Source: an uncultured Flavobacteriales bacterium
GTDB taxonomy: Bacteria > Bacteroidota > Bacteroidia > Flavobacteriales > BACL11
NCBI GenBank assembly: GCA_913063045.1
Contig: CAJXYM010000007.1
Coordinates: 8,993-72,992, forward strand
Direction: 5' to 3'
DNA length: 64,000 nt
In this document: one piece after another, positions 10,190 to 17,036 of the stretch
How the letters are laid out: every line of letters begins with the position of its first letter
How positions within the stretch are numbered: position 1 is the stretch's first letter
Made by a program: the position numbers and the translations under genes
Notes under the pieces: generated by a model
Database searches by the model: none
What the model saw: only the letters and a program-made list of their open reading frames with translations
Told to the model about the DNA's origin: nothing

Positions 10190-10689
10190 TTTATAGTTTT
10201 TTCAAAACAATGGTATTTGTTTTTGTTAGGTTTTAAGCTTATTGTGCCGACTTCATTATACCCCATCCGTATGTAAAAATCCATAGCTTTTGGGTTTCCG
10301 GAGTACGTATCTAATCTAATTGATTTTAATCCTTTTTCAATTACCAAATTCTCTGTAAAAAGCATAAGTGATTTTCCAATTCCGTTACTCCAAAAATCTT
10401 CTTTTACTGCTAACCTATGAACTACTAAAAATTGATTTTTTTTATCCTTCCACTGAAGTGATAGATATGTCTTATCTTGATTTTGATCAATATTAATGCC
10501 TGCAATAATGATATTATGTTCAATCATAATAAAGTATGTTTGAGCGATCAAGTCTTGCGTAATTATATCTTTATTTGGATAGCTTTCGTCCCATTGGTCA
10601 ATGTTATTTGCAAGCATTCCTTCAACACATGATTTGTACATTAACATGATGTTTTCTAAGTCTGATATTTTTGCCTTTTGAATTATCAT
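10186..10689 (-). CDS. GNAT-family N-acetyltransferase
   Basis: 167 aa. Acetyl-CoA motif-A-like segment VHRLAVKEDFWSNGIGKSLM. ATGA overlaps on both sides. Confidence 0.8.
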   Translation of the reverse strand: MIIQKAKISDLENIMLMYKSCVEGMLANNIDQWDESYPNKDIITQDLIAQTYFIMIEHNIIIAGINIDQNQDKTYLSLQWKDKKNQFLVVHRLAVKEDFWSNGIGKSLMLFTENLVIEKGLKSIRLDTYSGNPKAMDFYIRMGYNEVGTISLKPNKNKYHCFEKTIK

Positions 10690-11666
10690 TCTACTAATAA
10701 ATTACAACCTCTAACATCTGAATTTGAAAACCTTCCAGTTATTTTAAAGTTATCGTCATTAATTTTCATCCCCAGGTCTTGGGTTGCTATAAATGAACAT
10801 GAGTAGATGTTAGCAAGGTCAATTATATTTACGCCGCCAGTATTATTATTGGCCAAAAGTGTTAGTGGGTCATTAATATCTCTAATTAATATTTTCATCC
10901 ATTTAGGAGTCTCAAAAATTGTATCTTTTAAAGAATATGCTTGTGATAATAATTCTGTCATTCCGTATTCTGAATGAATGTATTTCATGCTAAATGATTC
11001 TTTAAGTATTTTGTGAACCTCCTCTTTCATTAGTTCTTGTCGTTTTCCCTTCATCCCTCCAGTTTCAATAATAGTGGTATTTTTAAGTGGTCTTCCAAAT
11101 TTTTGAGCATAGTCTAATAAAGAATAAGTCACACCAATTAATATTGTACTTTTATTATTATTCTCTCGCTCTGATAAAATTTTAGATATTTTTTTATGAT
11201 CACTATCGTAAAAACCACTTTCAGAGTTTTTTGTTAATTTAACTAATTCATTAACCATGTAAGTTAGAGAAGAGTTGCCGTTTTCAATATAAGAAGGTAG
11301 AAGAGCTATTATACAAAGCTTATCTATGCACCCGTAAGTATTTGTGAAGTTGTCAACAAAACTTTTATAATAAAGCTTTTTGTCAATAACATAATGTTTA
11401 CTTCTAATGCCTGAAGTTCCACTGCTTTGAAATATTAAGTCGCATTTTTTTTGACTTGCTAATACTTTGTGAGTTTTAAAAAAATTAATTGGAAGGAATG
11501 GGATTTCTTTAATATTTTTTGGTTTTTTTCCTTTTAAAATTAACTGAGAGTATTTAAAATAAATAGGATTATTTATTATTTGATATTGATATATCTCTAG
11601 AGCAATTTCTTCAAATTCTCTGTCACTTGTAATGTTAAATAGTCTATCTTTGTTAAAAGGGTTCAT
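10686..11666 (-). CDS. LuxE/PaaK-like adenylate-forming acyl-protein synthetase family protein
   Basis: ANL-superfamily-like motifs FQSSGTSG, ETGGMKG and EYGMTE. Size and layout match LuxE-like proteins of flavobacteria. Confidence 0.6.
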   Translation of the reverse strand: MNPFNKDRLFNITSDREFEEIALEIYQYQIINNPIYFKYSQLILKGKKPKNIKEIPFLPINFFKTHKVLASQKKCDLIFQSSGTSGIRSKHYVIDKKLYYKSFVDNFTNTYGCIDKLCIIALLPSYIENGNSSLTYMVNELVKLTKNSESGFYDSDHKKISKILSERENNNKSTILIGVTYSLLDYAQKFGRPLKNTTIIETGGMKGKRQELMKEEVHKILKESFSMKYIHSEYGMTELLSQAYSLKDTIFETPKWMKILIRDINDPLTLLANNNTGGVNIIDLANIYSCSFIATQDLGMKINDDNFKITGRFSNSDVRGCNLLVE

Positions 11667-11696
11667 CTAATAGTAATTATTTCAAAATTAACAAAT

Positions 11697-12389
11697 ATGT
11701 CAATATCTTTTAAAAGCTTCTTGCTAATATTTTTTTTAATTTTTTGTTGTGTTTCATGCACTAATAATAATGTTAATGAAAAAGAAACAGCAACAGTTAA
11801 AATCGAGGATTCGGTATTTTATACTTTTGATAAGAAAAATACTAAGATTATATGGAATGGCTATAAAACTTCAGATAAAATAAAAGTTGTTGGTTTTTTT
11901 ACAGACTTTACAACAGTTTATGATGATTTAGATACTGTTTTTAATAGTCCAATTTCTTTAGTTTCTGGTCTCAGATTTTCAATAAATTCTGCCAGTTCAT
12001 CATCTGGAGATGAAATAAGAGATAGTAATTTAAGGCAATACTTTTTTAATCTTTTAACAGAAAAATTTACTATTAATGGAGTCTTAGGTATACCTGGTTC
12101 ATCTAGCGCAGGACTTGAATGTCCGTCAGATTCTATCGATGTTATTTTTAACGTTTTTAGTATTGAAAGAAAAATAAGATTTGGATATAGTTTTGATAAT
12201 AAAAAGATGCTCATTGAAATAAAAGGACCAATTAGATTAGGTAATGAGTTTGGCGCTATTAAGGCATACAATGCTATTCATGAAAAATGTTATGATCTTC
12301 ATAAGGGAGGGGACGGGGTTTCTAAAACTTGGGATATAGTAGATATTCATGTAAAAGTTCCTGTTATTGAGGTTAGCAAAGAACTCTAA
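11697..12389 (+). CDS. Lipoprotein, possibly YceI-like
   Basis: Lipobox CVSC. The pattern IIWNGYKTSDKIKVVGFF...SINSASSSSGDEIRDSNLRQYFFN resembles the YceI signature (S..T/S G...RD..L....FF). This similarity is weak. Confidence 0.35.
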   Translation: MSISFKSFLLIFFLIFCCVSCTNNNVNEKETATVKIEDSVFYTFDKKNTKIIWNGYKTSDKIKVVGFFTDFTTVYDDLDTVFNSPISLVSGLRFSINSASSSSGDEIRDSNLRQYFFNLLTEKFTINGVLGIPGSSSAGLECPSDSIDVIFNVFSIERKIRFGYSFDNKKMLIEIKGPIRLGNEFGAIKAYNAIHEKCYDLHKGGDGVSKTWDIVDIHVKVPVIEVSKEL

Positions 12390-12404
12390 TTTTAAGACCT
12401 GATT

Positions 12405-13454
12405 TTAATCAAAAACCTTAAGTAATTCTTCCCATTCAACTTTACTGGTTTTAGCACTTATTTTTTTTAGACTTTTCTTTGATTTTAGTATTTGGTTTAA
12501 ATTAAAATTACTCTGTTCTTGATAGTTGAATAATTTTGTATCCGCTAAAAACCTAGCTAGATATTCTTGTTCTGTTTGTCCAGGTGTGGGGATAAGCGTT
12601 GCGTTTTTTTCTAGTGTAATTAAATCCATAATTGTTGAATATCCAGATCTACAGATTATGATATTTGAATCTAAAATAGCCTGGTTTAATTCTGTACCTT
12701 TAAGATGAGACATAATTGTAAGATTGTTTATTTTTTTACTAAATTTTTTACCGGGTTTTCCTTGTAAAAGTAATGATTTTAAGGTCTTATCTTTTAGTGC
12801 TTTAATCAATAAGTTTTCAAATATTGATCTTTGAGGTTCAGGGCCAGAGACTAAAGCGATTATATCATATTTTAGATTAGAGGGTTTAATAACAAATCTA
12901 GAAAGTGGGCCAATATATTCATGATCTAGTTGGTTTTTTTTAGGATGAGATAGATCACCGGCTAGACCATCTTTTGGATAATCTGGAATCCAGCATTTGG
13001 TGAATTTATTTATGAAATAGTAATTAATCTTTTGAATTAATTTTTTTAAATATTTAGATTGAATCTCTAGCTGATGTGTGATAAAAACTGAAGGGATTTT
13101 TTTTGAATATAATCCATATCTATTGTCAGATATTATGCCGTCAATTTTAAAATCATTAATTATTGAATCTAATTGTCTGTTTTCCAAGTAAATTCGATAT
13201 AATATTTTAGGAATTTGTAATAAAATATTTAGTGACATTGGTAGAAAAGTAGAATAGCTAATATTGTAATCAGTCAGCTTAATAATTTTGTCATTTGGAA
13301 ACTCTTTACTCAACAATTCTAATGATCTGCCGCTTGCCATGATTATTGTTGTAAAACCTTGCTCTTTAAGTATATTTATTATTGGAATACATCTTGTAGC
13401 ATGACCAATTCCCCAGTTGAGCGGTGCTACAAGTATTTTTTTTTTGTCTTTCAC
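12405..13454 (-). CDS. Glycosyltransferase, MurG/GT28-like
   Basis: N-terminal glycine loop ILVAPLNWGIGHATR. C-terminal region CRSGYSTIMD...PTPGQTEQEY resembles the GT28 C-terminal domain. GTG start. Confidence 0.6.
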   Translation of the reverse strand: MKDKKKILVAPLNWGIGHATRCIPIINILKEQGFTTIIMASGRSLELLSKEFPNDKIIKLTDYNISYSTFLPMSLNILLQIPKILYRIYLENRQLDSIINDFKIDGIISDNRYGLYSKKIPSVFITHQLEIQSKYLKKLIQKINYYFINKFTKCWIPDYPKDGLAGDLSHPKKNQLDHEYIGPLSRFVIKPSNLKYDIIALVSGPEPQRSIFENLLIKALKDKTLKSLLLQGKPGKKFSKKINNLTIMSHLKGTELNQAILDSNIIICRSGYSTIMDLITLEKNATLIPTPGQTEQEYLARFLADTKLFNYQEQSNFNLNQILKSKKSLKKISAKTSKVEWEELLKVFD

Positions 13455-13479
13455 GTAACGAAAATACTTAAAACACTAT

Positions 13480-13487
13480 TATTTTTG
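13480..13487 (+). promoter_or_regulatory. Bacteroidota -7 promoter box (TATTTTTG)
   Basis: Exact TAnnTTTG, 17 nt upstream of the trmB TTG start. Confidence 0.35.
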
Positions 13488-13504
13488 TTCAAAAATTAAA
13501 AGTA

Positions 13505-14185
13505 TTGGCAAAAAATAAATTAAAAAAATTTTTAGATTTAGATTCTTTCGAACATGTTATCCAGCCTACTCTTGAAACATTGAGAAAAGATTTTGGTCTT
13601 AAAGGTAATTGGAAGAAGAAGTTTTTTAAAAATAATAATCCAATTGTTTTAGAATTAGGGTGTGGTAAGGGTGAGTATTCTGTGGCTTTAGCAAAAGAGT
13701 TTCCAAATAAAAACTTTTTAGGTATTGATATCAAGGGAGCTAGGATCTGGGCGGGTGCTCAGCAGGCTTTTGATGAAGAATTAGATAATGTTGGTTTCCT
13801 ACGCATTAGAATAGATTGGATTGAGATGTGTTTTGATAAAAATGAGGTTGATGAGATATGGATTACTTTTCCTGACCCTCAATTAAAATTAAATAGAGCT
13901 TCTAAAAGACTTACTCATCCAAAGTTTTTAAATAAATATAATAATATTTTAAAACCTCTATCTAAGATTCATCTTAAAACAGATAGTCAATTTTTACATG
14001 GATATACTCTTGGTGTTATTGAGGGAGAGAGTCATCTTTTAGAAGATTCTACATGTGATCTTTATAATGCTCCTGTTAAGCGAGATTATATGGATATTAA
14101 GACATTTTATGAGAAAAAATTTCTAGAAAAAAATATGCCTATTACGTACCTTAGATTTAATCTTACTTATGATAATTCTAACTAA
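13505..14185 (+). CDS. trmB: tRNA (guanine-N7)-methyltransferase
   Basis: SAM motif LELGCGKGEY and ITFPDPQLK...KRL (equivalent to FPDPW.K..H.KRR). TTG start gives the N-terminus MAKNKLKKF. Confidence 0.85.
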   Translation: MAKNKLKKFLDLDSFEHVIQPTLETLRKDFGLKGNWKKKFFKNNNPIVLELGCGKGEYSVALAKEFPNKNFLGIDIKGARIWAGAQQAFDEELDNVGFLRIRIDWIEMCFDKNEVDEIWITFPDPQLKLNRASKRLTHPKFLNKYNNILKPLSKIHLKTDSQFLHGYTLGVIEGESHLLEDSTCDLYNAPVKRDYMDIKTFYEKKFLEKNMPITYLRFNLTYDNSN

Positions 14186-14215
14186 AGATCTTTTTTTTTC
14201 AGAATATTTATAGAC

Positions 14216-14223
14216 TATATTTG
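14216..14223 (+). promoter_or_regulatory. Bacteroidota -7 promoter box (TATATTTG)
   Basis: Exact TAnnTTTG, 18 nt upstream of the TTG start at 14242. Confidence 0.35.
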
Positions 14224-14241
14224 CAAATAAAATAATCTAAT

Positions 14242-15357
14242 TTGAAAATAAGTAAAGAAAATGTTTCTGGATCATTGAATAAGATTCAATTTCCATCAAG
14301 CGAAAGTAATATTGTTGATAGTGGATCACTGCTTAATGTTCAAGTATTTGGCAAAGAAATTGTTTTAGATATTGAAATTTCTAATCCAACTTTACAATAT
14401 AAGAAAAAGGTAGAGTCTTTATGTATTCAGAATTTAAAAAATAGTTTTTCTAATGATCTAATTATTAAAATTAATTTTTCTCAAAAAGAAGTAAAAAAAG
14501 AAATTAAAATTTCTGGAAACCCAATACCTGGCGTTAAAAATATAATTGCAATTTCATCTGGTAAAGGGGGTGTTGGGAAGTCTACAATGTCTGCAAATTT
14601 AGCTACTTCTTTAGCTGAAATAGGGTACTCTGTTGGGCTTGTGGATGCAGATATATATGGTCCTTCAATTCCGATAATGTTTGATTTAGTTGGAGAGTCT
14701 CCTCAAGCAATTGAGGTAGATGGTAAGAAAAAGATGAACCCTTTAAGTAATTATGGTGTTAAAATAGTTTCAATGGGGTCTTTTACTCAAGCGGACCAGG
14801 CTGTTGTCTGGAGAGGTCCTATGGCTTCTAAGGCATTAAATCAATTAATTTGGGATACTCATTGGGGGGAATTAGACTATTTAATTGTAGACCTTCCTCC
14901 AGGAACAGGTGATATTCACCTTGCTTTAGTACAGGCAATACCTTTAACTGGCGCTATAGTTATTACTACTCCTCAACAAATTGCTTTAGCTGATGCTAAA
15001 AAGGGTGTTAATATGTTTCAGATGGATAGTATTGATGTTCCTGTTCTGGGAATTGTAGAAAATATGGCCTACTTTACTCCTGAAGAATTACCTGAGAATA
15101 AATACTATATTTTTGGAAAAGATGGTGGTAAACATTTGGCTGAAAACCTGGGGGTGAAGTTATTGGCTCAAATTCCATTAGTACAATCTTTAAGAGAAGC
15201 AGCTGATGCTGGTAGGCCTGCTGTTTTGCAGGAAAACACTGAAATTTCAGAATCATTTATTAGCTTTGCCAAAAATGTTGTAGATTCGGTAAATCAAAGG
15301 AACTCAGAATTGCCAGAAACGGAAGCTGTGAGAATAACTAATATGAAAGGCTGTTAA
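14242..15357 (+). CDS. apbC: Mrp/ApbC-family Fe-S cluster carrier ATPase
   Basis: Deviant Walker A SSGKGGVGKST, motif DLPPGTGD, N-terminal DUF59-like domain. TTG start. Confidence 0.9.
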   Translation: MKISKENVSGSLNKIQFPSSESNIVDSGSLLNVQVFGKEIVLDIEISNPTLQYKKKVESLCIQNLKNSFSNDLIIKINFSQKEVKKEIKISGNPIPGVKNIIAISSGKGGVGKSTMSANLATSLAEIGYSVGLVDADIYGPSIPIMFDLVGESPQAIEVDGKKKMNPLSNYGVKIVSMGSFTQADQAVVWRGPMASKALNQLIWDTHWGELDYLIVDLPPGTGDIHLALVQAIPLTGAIVITTPQQIALADAKKGVNMFQMDSIDVPVLGIVENMAYFTPEELPENKYYIFGKDGGKHLAENLGVKLLAQIPLVQSLREAADAGRPAVLQENTEISESFISFAKNVVDSVNQRNSELPETEAVRITNMKGC

Positions 15358-15374
15358 TTAATTAAATCAAATAG

Positions 15375-15623
15375 GTGATAACAAATAAAAAAATTTTAAA
15401 TAAGATAGAAGGTGCTTTGGCAGATTTTAGACCTTATTTAGAAGCAGATGGAGGTGATATTAGTTTAATAGAAGTTACTGATGATTATGTAGTTAAGGTT
15501 AAGTTACTTGGTGCTTGTGAGACATGTAGTGTGAGTATGATGACTTTAAAAAATGGTGTTGAATTAGCTGTTAAAAGTGCAGTTCCAAAAGTCAAAGAAG
15601 TAATAGAGATTAGTTCAATTTAG
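15375..15623 (+). CDS. NifU-like (C-terminal domain) Fe-S assembly protein
   Basis: 82 aa. Motifs FRPYLEADGGDI and GACETCSVS (CxxC). GTG start immediately follows an in-frame TAG. Confidence 0.8.
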   Translation: MITNKKILNKIEGALADFRPYLEADGGDISLIEVTDDYVVKVKLLGACETCSVSMMTLKNGVELAVKSAVPKVKEVIEISSI

Positions 15624-15740
15624 ACTATTTCAAAAATATTTTTATCCTGCTTTTTATTATTGTTTTTATTGTTCTATTTAGAATAATTATAAATTGTCAT
15701 TTTTCATTGTTTTCTTAATATTTGTATAAGATAAAAAAAT

Positions 15741-15748
15741 TAAATTTG
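15741..15748 (+). promoter_or_regulatory. Bacteroidota -7 promoter box (TAAATTTG) for the act operon
   Basis: Exact TAnnTTTG, 22 nt upstream of the actA ATG. A TTTG at 15721-15724 could be the -33 element. Confidence 0.35.
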
Positions 15749-15770
15749 CGGTGAAAATGACGACTGATTT

Positions 15771-17018
15771 ATGACGATACCTTTTAATAACAATAGACTG
15801 CTCCAACTCTTATTTGTTGTTTTTATTTCTTTCTCTAGCGTATTAGCTCAAGACACTAATGTTGTTATTGATTCTATTGCTGTTCAAAAGGGAGAGCAGA
15901 TTTTCAAAGCTAATTGTACTGCTTGTCATGTTATGGGAGATAAGAAGCTTATTGGTCCTGGTCTTTTAGGGGTTACTGATAGACGTACTAAAGAATGGTT
16001 AAAGAAATGGATTAATAGTTCATCAGATTTTATTGCTTCTGGTGATGCAGATGCCATAGCAATTTATGAAGAGTATAATAAAGTTGCAATGCCTTCATAT
16101 TATTTTGAGGACACTGATTATGAAGCTGTTTATGCATATCTTCAAAACCCTCCGCTTCCTAAAGTTATTGCTGATGCAGGAGACTTACTTGTTAGCGAAG
16201 ATGAAGGATTAAATATCTCTACTCAATTGATGTTCATTGCACTTTTTCTTCTTCTTTTAGTTTATGTGCTTACATCATTAAAAAACAAATTAAAAGATAG
16301 TTTAGCTCAAGATACCGAAACTATAACTCAGACGCTTGTTAATCAATTTAATCTTTTTATTAGTAACAATAGAAACATAGTTTTTGTTGCTTTTGCGTGC
16401 TTTATCGTTGTGGTTAAATTTGGTTATGATTCTCTCTCAAGCGTTGGTATATATACAAAATACCAACCTGAGCAACCAATTGCTTTTTCACACAAGGTGC
16501 ATGCTGGAGAAAATGGTGTTGATTGTAATTACTGTCATTCATCCGCTAGAAAAAGTAAGCATTCCGGAATACCTTCAGCTAATGTATGTATGAATTGTCA
16601 TACCTATATAAACGAGGGTACAATTACAGGTACTACTGAGATTTCTAAGATTTATGAAGCAGTTGGGTTTGATCCTGACTCTAGAACATATATTTCCGGT
16701 TATGAACAAAAACCTATTAAGTGGGTGCGTATTCATAATTTACCTGATTTAGCATATTTTAATCACTCTCAACATGTTGTCGCTGGAAAAGTTGAATGTA
16801 AAACTTGCCATGGCCCAATTGAAGAAATGGATGTCGTTTACCAACATGCAGAATTAACTATGGGATGGTGTATTGAATGTCATAGAACAACTGAAGTTGC
16901 TATGGAAGGTAATGAATATTATACTGAGCTTCATGAGCAATTAAAAGAAAAATATAAAGGTCAAAAGATAACTGTAGATAAGATTGGAGGAATTGAATGT
17001 GGAAAATGCCATTATTAA
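15771..17018 (+). CDS. actA: Alternative complex III multihaem cytochrome c subunit ActA with extra N-terminal cytochrome c domain
   Basis: Six CxxCH motifs (CTACH, CNYCH, CMNCH, CKTCH, CIECH, CGKCH). Signal peptide, two hydrophobic helices between the domains. First gene of the act operon. Confidence 0.85.
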   Translation: MTIPFNNNRLLQLLFVVFISFSSVLAQDTNVVIDSIAVQKGEQIFKANCTACHVMGDKKLIGPGLLGVTDRRTKEWLKKWINSSSDFIASGDADAIAIYEEYNKVAMPSYYFEDTDYEAVYAYLQNPPLPKVIADAGDLLVSEDEGLNISTQLMFIALFLLLLVYVLTSLKNKLKDSLAQDTETITQTLVNQFNLFISNNRNIVFVAFACFIVVVKFGYDSLSSVGIYTKYQPEQPIAFSHKVHAGENGVDCNYCHSSARKSKHSGIPSANVCMNCHTYINEGTITGTTEISKIYEAVGFDPDSRTYISGYEQKPIKWVRIHNLPDLAYFNHSQHVVAGKVECKTCHGPIEEMDVVYQHAELTMGWCIECHRTTEVAMEGNEYYTELHEQLKEKYKGQKITVDKIGGIECGKCHY

Positions 17019-17036
17019 TTAAGATTTATTAACTAG

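Noticed and set aside
11918-12271. 117-aa minus-strand ORF inside the lipoprotein gene, plus similar 60-95-aa antisense ORFs (1197, 2967, 3979, 5789, 7277, 9564, 12526, 15074, 20713, 26901, 30021, 32079, 33694, 38339, 38578, 42659, 42760, 53784, 54851, 56610, 57528, 58728, 59940, 61975)
   Set aside because: All lie wholly within longer ORFs that have clear family motifs or export signals. None has its own promoter box or conserved-looking sequence, so I treat them as shadow ORFs.
13489-13734. 81-aa minus-strand ORF overlapping the trmB 5' end and its promoter
   Set aside because: It is antisense to the conserved TrmB N-terminus, has odd composition and no recognisable features. Shadow ORFs like this are typical in AT-rich DNA.
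15757-15777. Five-codon upstream ORF (ATGACGACTGATTTATGA) whose stop overlaps the actA ATG, with a 7-nt direct repeat atgacga at 15757 and 15771
   Set aside because: It is too short to separate from chance in this composition. It would also lie at or before the predicted transcription start (-7 box at 15741..15748). There is no evidence of conservation.
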